A stretch of 64,000 nucleotides of DNA from Carcharhinus amblyrhynchos (Eukaryota): assembly GCA_965287045.1 (NCBI GenBank), contig OZ336881.1, positions 57,164,001-57,228,000 of the forward strand, in the 5' to 3' direction. The translations under genes were made by a program, and so were the position numbers. Positions within the stretch are counted from its first letter, which is position 1. Every line of letters starts with the position of its first letter. The notes under the pieces were generated by a model. That model was not told the DNA's origin, did not search any database, and saw only the letters and a list, made by a program, of their open reading frames with translations. Positions 1 through 13,500 of the stretch are shown piece by piece.

Positions 1-1410
1 AGAAATGACAGTGAAATTATGGAGACAGTGGCCATAATTATTCAATCTTCTTCAGTCTCAGAGGTGGTGCTGGACAACTGGAAATTTGCAAATGTTGCAC
101 CCATATTTTAAAAAGGTATAAACATAAGCCCAGAAACTACAGGGCATTCAGTTTAAATTCAGTAGTTGAGGAGCTTCTAGAAACAATAACTGTACAAAAT
201 TAATAGTTACATGAACAAATGCAGGTTAATTAAGAAAATCCAACATTGATTTCCTAAGGGAGCTTTTACTTGGAGTTTTCTGAACAGGTAATAAATGAGG
301 ACAAAACTGTTGATGTGTTGTACATGGACTTCCAAAAGACATTTGGCACTGTGCCTCACAGCATACTTGTGAGCAAAGTTGAAGCTCATGGAACAAAAGG
401 GGCAGTAGCAACATGGATATAAAATTGGCTGAGTGACAAATAAAGATATTAATCACTAATGGATTTTTTTGGGCTGGAGGAACATTTATAGTAAAGTTCC
501 CCAGGGGGTCAGTGTTGTGACTCTTACGTTTCCTGATGCATATTAATGATCTAGACCTTGATGTACAGGTCATAATTTTAAAATTATGATACAAATGCGT
601 ATGGCATGAAACTTGGAAGTATTATGAACTGCGGGGAGGATACAGCAGAACTTCAGAAGGACACAGACTGGTTGGTGGAATAGGTAGACAAGTGGCAAGT
701 GAAGTTCACTCTGGAGAAATGTGCAGAGATCTATAAAAAATAAAGTGTAAATTTTAAAGGAGCTGTTAGATTATTAGAGGGATCTGGGTGTATTTGTTGA
801 TTCATTGAATGCAGCCATGCAGGTTAAGACAGCAATTAAAGCATGTACTATCCTAAACTTTATTAAGGTTTGTATAAGACATTTCAGCCTCAGCTGGAGT
901 ATTGCATCTAGTTCTAGGCATTGCACTGCAGGAAAGATCTGAAGACATTGGAAAGAGTGCAGCAAAGATTCATGACAATGGTTTCAGGGATGAGGAATTT
1001 CAATTATGAAGACAAATTAGAAAAGTTTGAACTATCTTCCTTGGAGAAGGCAAAGATTTGATAGAGATATTCAAAATTATGAGGGGTCTGGACAAAATAG
1101 ATAGAGAGAAATTGTACACGTGAAAGGATCAAAAACACGAGGGCTCAGATTTAAAGTAATTTGCAAAAGAAGCAAAAGTGACGAGAAAAACATTTTCAAG
1201 CAATGAGTGATTAAGGTCTGGATTGCAGTGCCTGAGAGTGTGGTAGAGGTTCTATTGAAGCATTCAAAAGGGAATTAGACTGTTAACCGATAAGGACGAA
1301 TGCGTAGGAAAAGACTGGGGAATGGCACTTGGTTAATGGCTCATTTAGAGAGCTGGTGCAGACACAATGGGCTGAATGGCCTCATGTGCTGCAATAATTC
1401 TGCAAATGAT
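1..1410 (+). mobile_element. Decayed CR1/HER1-type LINE, RT region to 3' end
   Basis: Frameshifted RT motifs (YMDFQK.F..VPH near 321-360, VPQG.SVL near 496-516) and 3' tail ...atgggctgaatggcctc... Confidence 0.85.
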
Positions 1411-2669
1411 CCTGTGAAACTCCTTGGGAGGTTTTACCACATTACAGGTTCTGTGCACATTTAAGGATTGTCATCACTCTTTACAAGCAAATTAAAAAGT
1501 CATATTCAAAGTGCAACCAATACAATTAAGAAACACAGCACCCAATAAATGAGAAATACACAAATAATGAAAATAAATATGACAATGTAAAAATGCTGTA
1601 GTAAATCTTGATGGACTGAAACACAAATGCTCAGCATTAAAATCAGATTACAAATTAGTCAAATGATCAAACTGAAAAACTTTGTTTATTAAGGAGAATG
1701 ACATTTGCATTGTAGAAGATAAGTTTATCATTTTAGTAAACTGTTGCCAGAGAACACTTTAGCCAGAGATCAAATACAGCATGGCCAACCTCAGGGCACT
1801 GCTGTTACCTGCATTTGTGTCAGTGTGCTATTTACATCTAACGTAGAAGCTGTTAAATTATACCGACTTTTATCCTGCAGGTATCCCCATAAGGTCCTTG
1901 AAGCACCACAATGAAGTTAAGTTTGTGCAGATGTTAAAATGTGCATAGGGTGGAATAAATTTGCTAACTCACTATGCCAACGCAATCCATGCAAATTGTT
2001 GTTTTTAAAGAATCACTAATTCACAAAAAATAATTTGAATCTTCAATTCAGATTTAGAATATTAAAATGCCTTTTATATTAAAAGTAGAAAATATGTTCT
2101 CCATTGGATGTGTGATGTATTATTTAATATGTAATAATGTAAAGAGAATTATATACAACATAGTAAAACTAATTTCTAGCTGGCAGATTAAAGTTAGCAT
2201 GAAATGTATGGTTTTAGTTTACACCGGACAAAAAGGGAAGGTATCCAACTTTGGACCTTCTGTGCTGTCTCTTGTCCCTGTCCAAGTTCAGTTGTTGCAG
2301 CTGCACCTTCATATCTCACGTCCCCGTTTCAACAACAATAGATGTTTGGGGTTGGGCCAAGAAGGAACAAGGTATTTACAGTGCACAAGGTTTTTTCAAC
2401 CTAAACTTTGGGTATGGGAAGCATACTTATGAACAAAGTCCCAAGTCAAAACATTTTGTCATGAAGAACAACTGCAAGAAGTTATTCTTGTGCTTGATTT
2501 CAAAGAGTTTTTGTGGAAGCCTGTGAGAGTGTTCTGTCCTCTTCTGCTCTGGATGCTGCAGGAGTTGGAGATGAGATTGCTACCCTCATTTTTAAATGAC
2601 TTGTGTAACATTAGATAGGGGGCTTTAAAAAATATATAGGCATGCTACAAGAGGATTGGCTTATGGCAG

Positions 2670-3020
2670 AGACTTGGACTTTACTCATTGGAATTTAGGA
2701 GGAGGATAGGGGATCTTATAGGAACATATAAAATTATGAAGGGAATATAAGTAGGGAGGTTGTTTCCACTGGCAGGTGAAACTAGAACTAGGGGGCATAG
2801 CATCAAAAAAAGGGGAAGCAGATTAAGAACTGAATTGAGCAGGAACTTCTTTACCCAAAAAGTTGTGAATCTGGAATTCCCTGCCCAATAAAGCAATTAA
2901 GGCTACTTTGTTTAATGTTTTTAAGGCAAAGATAGATTTTTGAACCGCAAAGAAATTAAGGGTAGCAGGCGGGTAAATGGAACTGAGTTGATAAAAAGAT
3001 CAGCCACAATCTTATTGAAT
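2670..3020 (+). mobile_element. CR1-type LINE 3' fragment
   Basis: GLYSLEFRR.GDLI.TYKIM-like coding and RNFFTQ.VVNLWNSLP. Confidence 0.85.
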
Positions 3021-4299
3021 CTGCATAAACAATGGCCATTCTAAATGATTTGGTGCATTTTCCCTTCCTTTGGTTGCATCTGAATCAGATGGCAGCACTA
3101 GCTGGATTCTTTATTTAGGAAGTGCATTTTCCCTTACCTAATTCTTCTGTATATTGAAGCGATGTTCCCATAGATGTAAATTTGCTTGAAAAAACATTCA
3201 TCTAAAATTCTCTAATATTACTTGTACATCAAATACACAAAACAGCAAACAGATGCTTCTTGGATATCACTATCTTCATTTTCCTCCCTTAATTTACTGA
3301 CTCCTGTTGGGATCGAATGCGTGTGCACGGTACCTACTCAATAGCCATTCTTACACACCAGTCCAAGGAGCATGGGTTGAATTTTTCAGGCCTTATAGGA
3401 AGGGTTCCCCAAAGCATTATTGCTATCAAGGATGTGTCCTAGGGACAGGCCAGCATGTGGACTGACTACCTGTTCAATAGAGGCAATCAGTCAAGCTGTA
3501 TGTTTAAGTCCCTGATTAGGGGTCATTTAGGTCAACATAAAATAAAGTGCAAATTCTAAAGGAGCTGTTAGATTATTAGAGGGATCGGAGTGTATTTGTG
3601 CATGATTCATTGAAGTCAGTCAGCGAGGCATGTTGAGAGAACAATTAAAGCATGTACTATCCTAAATTTTATTAACACTTGTATAAGACACTAGTATTGC
3701 ATCTAGGCATTGCGCTGCAGGAAAGATGTGAAGGCATTGGAAACAGTGAGACAGCCTACCTGTGACAGTGCTTTAACAGCGGTGCCAACAAACAATGCTA
3801 AAGAGATTTTGCTTCCAATCCAAGGAGCTTGTCAGCTTGACTCCTTCAAAATTTTATTTGGGGAAACTGACCCTCCATCTCCTATGTGCCTCAGTAGCAC
3901 TCTCCTCTCCCAGTGAGGTTGCTAAAGCTTCAGAACTGTTGACCTTCTGATTAGGCTGGTAATATCAGAGTGCACCCACTTTCTTAATCAGCCAATAATG
4001 AGGCTGCTTCTGGGAACATCACTGCAGCAACTGTGGACTTGGGACCCCTATTTGGTCCTGACACTAGGACCCCCAAAGTCAATGAGCACTATCTTGCCTC
4101 AAATGTCAAGGAAGTATTCAAGGATAAAGGGCATTTGAGACCAACCCTGAATTCATTCTGTGAATATAGTTTTGAATGTTCCAACAGGAGACATTGAATG
4201 GAAATCTCAACTTGCTTCCCTAAGCCAAGGACGCATCAATTTTATTGCTGCTTCAGCTGACATAGCTACTGAGTCCAAATCTGTTGTCACCAGAATATC

Positions 4300-5805
4300 A
4301 ATAGACAGAAAAGAGGCAAATGGAATTCAATGCAGAAAAGTGTGACGTAATGCATTTAGGGAGGGAAAACAAAGTATGTTGGCAAATGGAGTATAATGTG
4401 GGGAAATGTAAAGTTGTTCATTTTGGAAAGGGGAACAAAAGAACAGTATTATTTGCATGGAGCAAAATTATAAAAGCTACAACGCTTGGGGGGGTACTTG
4501 TGCATGAAAGAAAATTGGTGCACAGGTGCAGCATGTAATAGGAAGGCTAATGGAATGTTGACCTTAAGAGGCTTAGAGTATAGGGGTAGGGAAATCTTGC
4601 TGTACAAGATACTGTGAGCGGTTTTGATCCCCTCACTTAAAGGAAGCTATTTCATTGAGGCTTATTGGAATTTATAAGAGTGAGATGTGATCTCATTTAA
4701 ACATGTAGGATTCTTAAGGGACTTGACAGGATAAGTGCTTAACATGTTTCCCTTTGTTGGTAAGTCCAAGACCAGAGGGCAGAGTCTCAAAATAAAGGAC
4801 CAGCAATTTAAGATTGACATGAGGACCAATTTCTTTTCTCAAAGGATTGCGTTTCTTTGGAACTCCTTGCCACCACGAGCTGTGGGAGCAGAGTCCTTGT
4901 GTATATTTAAGGTTGAGCTAGATAGATGTTTGATCGGTCACAAAATCAAGGGTTATGGGGAAAGAGCAGGAAAGTGGACATGAGGAATATCGATCAGCGG
5001 TAATCCTACTGAATGCTAGAGGAGGTTTGAGAGGCCGAACAGCCCACTGCTATTCCCACTTCTTGCGTCTAAGGGGATATTCAAGAAACAGATATCAAGA
5101 GGGGTAAAGGAAGTGAGAGATCTTGGAGTGTACGCCTAAATGCCTTGAAGGTGGCAGGACAGGTGGATAAGTGTTAAAGAAAGCTTATAGAATGCTTTCT
5201 TTCATTGGATATTTCTATATTAAATACAAAAACAGGGATGTGTGCTGAACTGTATAAAATGCTGAGATAAAAGCAAAATACTGCAGATGCTGGAATCTGA
5301 AACAAAAACAGAAAATGCTGGAAAACCTGAGCAGGTCTGCGGGGAGAGAACAGAGCCAATATTGAGTCTAGATGACCCTTCGTCATTTTCTAGACTCGAA
5401 ATGTTGGCTCTATTCTTTCCCCACAGCTGCTGTCAGACCTGCTGAGATTTTCCAACATTTTCTCTTTTTGTATAAAATACTGGTTAGGCCACAACTGGAA
5501 TTGTACGCACAGTTCTGGTCACTGCATGACAGGAAGGACAATAATTGCCCTGGAAAGACTAGATAGACTAGGGTTGTTTGTTTGCCATCAACATCTGGAA
5601 TCCACTGCCTGAATTACTAGCTGAGGTGGAAATGTTCAACTCATTTAAAAGGAACCCCTTTCCAAAATGAACAATTTTACGTCTGCAAGTGAAGTGCTGT
5701 AACCTGCATAGCTATGACCAGGTGTTGGAAAGTGGAATTAAAATGAGTGGCTAGTTGTTTTTCTCTGCTCGCACAGACACAATGGGCTGAATAGCCTCTG
5801 TGCCT
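4300..5805 (+). mobile_element. Nested CR1-type LINE fragments (two subfamilies) interrupted by a foldback element
   Basis: MEFNAEKCDVMHLG followed by WQMEYNVGKCKVVHFG; RTNFFSQRIAFLWNSLP; YKILVRPQLE; two separate 3' tails (~5030 and ~5790). Confidence 0.8.
5265..5468. mobile_element. Penelope-like foldback insertion (family B) with 14-bp TSD
   Basis: Inverted arms ~5297-5372 and ~5389-5471; flanks tgtataaaatgctg (5251-5264) and tgtataaaatactg (5469-5482). Confidence 0.7.
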
Positions 5806-6079
5806 TTCAATAGTCCTAACTGTGTGCAAATCTCTTATGATGCAGTAGCTGCTAAATTTATTTACACAAGGGAACAGTTATAACTTAGCAAAGTTATGGA
5901 AGAAATATTTTAAAAGTTTGGTATGGGGGGAGGAGACCTGCCATCTAGGAGCTATTAGTCTAATAATTGTCTCTTTTAGGGTGAGTAGGACCCTAGGAAA
6001 CTTTCTATCATGTCATTTTATACTCCAATTAGTTTTGAGGAACTTAGTCAATAGGTTGCGAGCACATTCTTGCATATTT

Positions 6080-7197
6080 GAACTCTTTCAAAATAACTTT
6101 TATTTAAGAAAGTCTGGAGGGCAGAAAAATAAAAATAAATCACTTTCTTAGATTAGTTTAATAGGAAAAAAAAATCAGTCAAACCCATCACATTTTCTTA
6201 AAAAAACTAGGGTACATATTCAAGCACAACGTATTTGTTGTGAGAGCGTGTAGCAAATTCACAAGAAAATACTGCTTATTTTAAAGATGCCTTTTTTTTT
6301 AAAAATACACAACCTTCCCAAGAACATGGCACAAAGTCTTCCTAAAGTTTTTTTTTTGCATATACAACAAAAGCATTTCACAAAGTGAAGTCATTCACAG
6401 GTCTATACATAGTGCTTCATTTATAACATTACAAAGACACTGCATTCAGTTGTAGCAGAAAGATGATAATGCATGGATAAAGGTCCATACACTCCTTAGA
6501 AAAAAAAACACTTGAACAGTGCAATAAAAAAAATAAATTACATTATGGAGTAAAAGGCATGCAATCTGGCCACTATCAATACCCCAAAATTAATAAAATA
6601 AAGCTTTAATAAATCTGTACAACATTGTAATAACAGAAAAGAGCCCCAGTGAAAGGTCTTAATTCTTAGGCATCTTGTACTTTCAAAAATATTCTGCTTT
6701 CGTAATAGAGTTTTGCGATATAAAGTATTTACACCCTACCTGCGAGATAACACCAAGGAACAGCAGTTAAATAAATCCGTAAACAAATCAGATTTGGCAA
6801 TTTCTTTTAAAATATATATAATTTTGAACCTTATTTACAGCTTTGTTTCATTTTATTTGAAAGTAGACAATTTAATTTCTGAAACTTTTGCTCATGACAC
6901 AAACCTTTTTCCTTTAGCAAAAAAAAATCCTGTTTGGTTTCTGAAATAACTTTTCACAAGCAGCTGAGAGGGAAAAATAGAAATCCGTTAAGTCTTTGTG
7001 ATGCCTATGTAATGGTATAAATGGCAACGTCAAGAGCAGTTTTATTCGTATGCAACTCTCCTGGGATGGTTTATGCACATAACATCTGAACTAGCCATAG
7101 GACTTTCCAATAGGCATAGAAAAACGTAGCAAGTTTGTTCAATTAATTGTAATTAAGAGTTAATCTTTATATAAAATAAAAAAATATATAAACGGAT
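6080..7197 (-). promoter_or_regulatory. TRERF1 3'UTR with candidate polyadenylation signals
   Basis: Repeat-free U-rich tract after the stop; minus-strand AATAAA at 7046-7041, 6857-6852, 6104-6099 (another at 5862-5857) and ATTAAA at 6610-6605 preceded by TGTA. The true end is unknown. Confidence 0.6.
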
Positions 7198-7507
7198 TTA
7201 CAAATTATCATCCTGGAGAAATTCTTCATCTTCCCCATCTAAAAGTAGGTCTGTATCCAATGCATCTGATTCCTCCATCACATCTTCTAAATCCTGAATG
7301 ATGTCATTATCCTCCACTTCGATTTGCCGCTTTACCATAGTCATGTGATCTGGATGAAGTAACACGTGTGTTACTGGTGTGGCAGATCGGGCTATTGTTG
7401 CTATTTCACCAGCTTCAAGGGCTTTCTGTGCCTTCAGTCGCTGCTGTTCCTCCTGCTGTCTATGTGTTTTCATATGAGCGTTCCTACTTTTAATCTTGTA
7501 GAACATC
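7198..7507 (-). CDS. TRERF1: TRERF1 last coding exon ([23 protein letters not shown]...LQDDNL*)
   Basis: Acceptor aatatttcag; AA+G gives Lys across the junction; TAA at 7200-7198. Confidence 0.96.
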
Positions 7508-10500
7508 CTGAAATATTGAATTAACGCTTAAAATTACGTACATTCAGTAAAATGCCAGAAAGCAATGATTATTTCTTCCATATTTGAATGAAACCAAGAT
7601 AAAATAAAGCCAAACTATGCCATCTAACTTACTTTCCACATTCCTTGCAAGGGAAAATTGTAGCAGCATCCGTTTCACCACTAGTCGTACTGTGTGCGGG
7701 GGAGTTCTTCACAGAGGTATAGCCAGGCTGAAGTCCTCCCACTTTAGGTTTTGCCGCAGAAATCAGCTTTGGGATCTGGTTTGAACCACCATGAATTCGT
7801 GCGTGGCCATTTAAAGCCTGTTTGGAGCTGAATATCTTAAAAGAAAAGATGAGTGAAAATAAGAGATTTCACTTTACTCACCCTACCATGCTGGAACTAA
7901 GTCAATTCAACAATAGAGTTTTTTAATAAGCTTTAGTCTAAAATGCGTTACCTAAGAATTCAGAGGAGCACTGTGATAAACTACTTGGAGTAGAAAGAGG
8001 ACAATGGTTTAATGATTACGAATACAACCATTTAAAATCTTGCAGAAAATAAAAAGTACTTCAACAACCATATTGATGACAGTTTGTGCTATCATCTATC
8101 TTGTATACAATTTGTAATAGTAACATGCTTTGTCTAAAATTCATTATTAAAATGTCATTATGATATTTTAAGAGCCAAAGCAATCTTTTAATTATGAGCA
8201 ACTCTGTGATATTCTTCAAACATATCAAATGAAGTTTGCTAGTTTTACGTTCATAGCCTGTCCTAAATTTTCCCCCAAATAGTGCTCCTACAGAATAAAC
8301 TTACATAACAAAAGCACTTGCAGCGTTTATAAAGTGCTGTTGAAATACCTTCAATTGATTAATAGAACAGATTACTTGTAATTTGCAATAATTATTACGT
8401 TGGTGTCCATTCCAATCCTATTCTCAAAAACTGCAAAGTTGGCTCCCGTGCTGGCCCTGACAGTCAGCATGTCATGAGCAAGAAATGCAAAGCACCAGAA
8501 AATTAGTCAAATTTAGTGAACACATTTTATCTGCTGAGATAAATTTGTGTTTAACACACCAAGTACCCACATTGTCGCAGTGCTGCTGCTTGTAAGATAA
8601 ATTATTGGCGTTGTAGGTTAACAAAATCTTCTTTTCCTTTCAAAGCATCACATAATATGCAATTCCTCACTGAAGCTGGACAGTCTGACATTCAGGGGGC
8701 ATTTGAACACAGAGCATTGTATGAAGCTGTTTGTTGTCAGAGATTAAAAAACGTTGCAGTAATGAAAGAGTTATTCCCCTTTTCTCACATTAGCTTTCTT
8801 TGTGAGTACTGATCTTTATAATGGTCATACCAGCAGATGGCATCAATGTTCCACTCACCCCAAATTCTCTGTGTAAGAGTTGCAATGATTAAAAAATTTG
8901 AACATTTTCTTTGTGAAAAGGAATACAACTTGAGTATCAAATTTTATCAGAACCAAACTTTCTCAGTAATTCCATAATTGAATATATTAAGCTTTCTAAG
9001 CCTAGGAAAATCTTGTGTTAAAGTACTCTCAGGACCCTTTTCTTTCCCCCTGGAACCACTCACTGTTCCACTAGAAGCAGTTCCAAAAGTTGCAATACAA
9101 TAAGGTCTAAGTTGACCCGTTAAGTCTTATTGATCAGTTTCGGGAAAGACAATGGCCAGAGTTTTACCAGCACGCCTGCCCAGAATCTTTGGGGAGCAAT
9201 TTAGTTATCTCGCAACCACCCCACTTTTTCTGCAACGGGATGGGCAAGGCTCGCAGAACTGCATTCTCCATTGGCCTCGGGCAGAATCTTATAAGCTTCG
9301 AGTGAACGAGGTGGTAAAATTCCAGCAAATGTGTGATGGGCCACAGGGTCAGGGAGTACGATCACAACAAACCGGAGGGTCAGTGAGTGAAAGAGGCGGT
9401 GAGTAGGAGGTACAAGCAATAAGTAGAAAGTATCACATTTCTTTTATATATTCGCATCCATTTTAAAAGTTGTTCATGGATATAGTAAATTAGCACTGTA
9501 AGGTATTTAAATTACAAGATAATATTTTGAGTACTTTTCCTCCTGACAGGAAAGGTCCTGCAGAACCTAACTAAAACTTTTACATGGGTCGTAAGGGAAA
9601 GATCTGATTCACTTAACATTGTTTTAGGTTGCACTTTCTAGGCATGCAACAATATTAAGCAAGGAATTACTCGTAAGGAGTGGTGATCCAGACATCCCAA
9701 GCTGAACTGACATTGGCTATGTGAGGTTGCATCAGTTACAATGGAAGACATTTATGGCTCTTGAATTACTGCTGGAAAGTAGAGATCCTTCAGCCATAGA
9801 ATCAGAAAAAATAGAGCACAGGAGGCCATCTGGCCCATCTCATTTGCACCAACTCTTTTGGGAAGTAATTTAGTTATCTCACACCCACCCCCCCTCCATT
9901 CTTTCCCCATCCCTGTAACAACATCACTTTCAATTATCTATTTAATTCCCTTTTGAAAGCTAATACTTTCCATCTCCCAGGCAGTACATTCCAAATCCTA
10001 ACTGCTCCTTGTCTAAAAGATGTTCTTCCTCTTGCTGTTTTTAGTCCTTTATCCAATCGCCATAAATCTCTGTCCTCTGTTAATCAACTCTTCATCCACT
10101 GGAAACTATTTCACTTTATTTATCCCATCTAAACACTTCACCTTGATCAAATATCCTCTTCTTCACTTCAAGGAACAACCCCAGCTTTTCTTTTTTATGT
10201 GTACAACTGCAAACCCTCAGCTATGAAATCATTCTAGTCAATGTCTTTGGTACTTTCTCCAAAAGCTTTCAGGTCCTTCAGGAATCGTGCTACCCTGAAA
10301 TTGACACAAAGCTCCAGCTGGGCTGAAGTAGTGTTTAGTTTAGCATAACTTGCTGGTTTTATACTCCATGCCTTTATTTATAAAGTCCAGAATTTCAGAT
10401 GCTTTATTAATTGCTTTGTTCACCAGTCCTGCCAACTTAAAATTTATGCAGAAAAATTTCAAGGTGGCTTTGTTCTTGCACTCTCTAAGATTTATTTTCT

Positions 10501-13500
10501 CTCCTCATTCTATCAAAATGCATCAACTCTCACTTTGTTGCATTGAATTCCAGCTGCCATCTGTTTGTCTATTTCAGCAACCTGTCTATGTCTTCTTGAG
10601 GTCTTGGTAGAACTACAATGTGTTTACATGTACAGAAAGAACATATATGCACAGTTGTTTCAACTATGCAAAATAGACAAGTCATTCTCTGGCTGATTCC
10701 TCATTGCAATGCCTTGACCAGTGTCAAACTGGCTGGTGTGAACTGAAATAAAGCTTGGCAGTTAACTGTCAAACATCAGTGAACTGGGGCATTCTCCATA
10801 GGAACGTCACTACTAAAGTCCACTTGCCAACCAATCAATATTAATAGTTCATACTTCAATCAATATTTCCTTTACGTTTGGTATTCTTGCCAATTATTTG
10901 ATAAGTGCAAGATGAAAACTTTCCCAATGCATGTCTTTTTTCAGCAATACTCAAGTTCTGCACTACCAAACAATCTTAGTGTCCCGAGGTGTGTAGGTTA
11001 GATGGATTAGCCATTGCAAATGTGTGGGTTTACGAGGATAGGGTGGGGCTGAGGGCCTGGATAAGAAACTCTATCAGATAGTCAGTGTAGACTCGATGGG
11101 TTCAATGATCTCCTTCTGCACTGGAGGGATTCCATGACTATTCAAAAGGTATAATTTAGATGGGCTGTATCTTATCAAATCTTGATGCCAACAACTGATA
11201 CTTACTGCACCACAATTAGGCATTTCACAAATGAACGTAGGTCCCTGAACAACTGGCTGTTCCATGGTAATCATTTGTAGCTCCAAGGGGGACTTCTGAA
11301 GTTCTGCATTATCACCTTGATCTGATTTTCTGTCTTCTTCCTCCTCATCCTCCAAATCTTCATCTTCATCACTAAACTACAGAACAAAAAAATGATTCAC
11401 TGTCAAGAGGAAAAGGAAATTTAGTGTAATCACAAATTAAACAGTGAGTTTTCTGATACACTGTACAATAGTTTAATTCAAAGTTTGAAACACTGGATTG
11501 AATAAAATCATCATTACTCTATAATGTTTGCATGGCAGCATATATCCCTTTGATGAACATTGTAAAGTAAGGTTCCCTTTAAGTAATTCACGAGCAGAAT
11601 TTCACATGTTTTCTCATTAAGATGCTGAGGATATTATTAATCCATTTTCACTTCACATTGCCTTCTGAAAAGCTCATCTTGTTCAGCCACTTGGGTGAGG
11701 CACCTTAAGTCTGTTAGTATCTATGAAACTATGGGCAAAGCTCCTGGTTCCAAATCAGAGAGAAAACGTGTGATTGAAGGTGCGTGTTGGGATCCTGTGG
11801 AAGTTCTGACTTATGGACCCATGTGGAATTGTCCAGGAAGTTTCAACTTCCAAAGGGCAATTCCCTTATTCCTGAGGATCCTCAACAAATATCTCTAATT
11901 CTGATATAGGGTTGAAGACTTAAGACAGATCTGCAGTATTTTCTTGGATAGTCACTCAGGAAAAGTTACATGTGAAAACTTAGTCTAACACCTGGGTAAC
12001 TATACAACTGACCCCCGATCACACTCCAGACCCAACTTGACTGCACCATCCCTTCAACCCAACCAACTGCTATGTACCCAACCCACTCACCCACTTACGT
12101 ATTCTTCATTCAGCCATTCACTAACATTAAGACTGGACCTTTAAACTTACCTTACGCTAGTGCAATAAAAATTGAGGCATGTCCTGTCTTCCCCCAACTC
12201 TGCTCAAATGAAGCTCCCAAAGAGTTACCACGCTGCACATTTCTGTGAAAGTTGGGCTTGCAAGACTCCACAAGAAATGCACAACACCATTAAGTTGAGC
12301 AAATCTGAGCACAGCAGCAACCTGACTATCACTGCCATTATTTGGAACATCCAGGTCACTAGCTCAGCAACCATCAGCAGCAGATTTAGCAACCATGTGT
12401 TCCCTTCATCCAAATCACTGACACAGGTTGTAAATAATGAGGTCCCAGTACTGATCCCTGTGGCAACCTACGAGTAACAGCTCACCACCTTGAAAAAGAT
12501 CTTTTTATTCCTACTTTCTGCCTGTTAGCTAAACAATCCTCTATCCCCCTGGACCATGAGCTCTTCTTAGTCCACTCCTCACTGTTCCTGTGTAGTCCTG
12601 TATTTCTTTTGCGTTTTCAAGTTTATATCCAATTCCCTTGTGAAAATTATGACTATGCAAACTTCTACAGCCTTTTCAGAGAGTGCATTCCGGATCATAA
12701 AGCTGGAAAAATATTCTCATCGCCTCTGTTTTTTTTGACAATTTCTGAATAGCTGATCGAAGTTAGAAAGTTCAGCTCCTGGGAATTAGGAAAGTGCGAG
12801 AAACTTAAAATCAATGAGAGTATTTTAGGTGGAACTGGATGCTGTTGAATCGTTAGAAACACCCGAGCTCCAGTAGGAATCAATCATCAAATAGGCACAC
12901 GAATCCAAAGCAACCTGTGACTAGAGAATAGGTTTCCTAGAATAATTTTAAGGCACTACATAACTTTGCGATTCAAAGATCATTTATAAATCTGGTACCA
13001 CTTTACCAATTTCATATGACCTAATAAATTGCAAAAGTAAAGTGGTTTGTAATTGTCAGCAAGATCCTACACTGAGATTTTTAATAATGTGCCTTTCCAA
13101 AAAGCAAGCAATTGAAAAACATACAACAGAAACCTCGGACTTTACTGGCAACTGGGATTCTCTGCTGTCGCTGCAGTGAATGGCTGAGCGCTGAATTCTC
13201 CATTCTTACGAGCAGTGCAACGGGAACGAAAGAGATCGGAGAATCCTGCCCATAGTTTCAAGCTTTTTTTCTTAAAAAAAGCAAATTATGCTACAATGTG
13301 TTTTGGTCGTATGACATTATGATCCATTGAAACTACAATCCATTGTGCTACAGACCAGCGGGTCACAGCTCGTTTTTCCCTGGCACCTGCCAAATTAGCT
13401 GATGAGGGCTCGCGACTGCCCAACTATCATTTACTTTTCTCCTATTCCTTCCAACCTGGATAGTGCACTGCACTTTGATTTAGTGTAATGGAGGGAAGAT

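Noticed and set aside
2250-2523. Alternative terminal exon (LPQKLFEIKHKNN...) on minus
   Set aside because: Purine-rich sequence upstream of the AG, no zinc-finger histidines; resemblance to [10 protein letters not shown] is probably chance.
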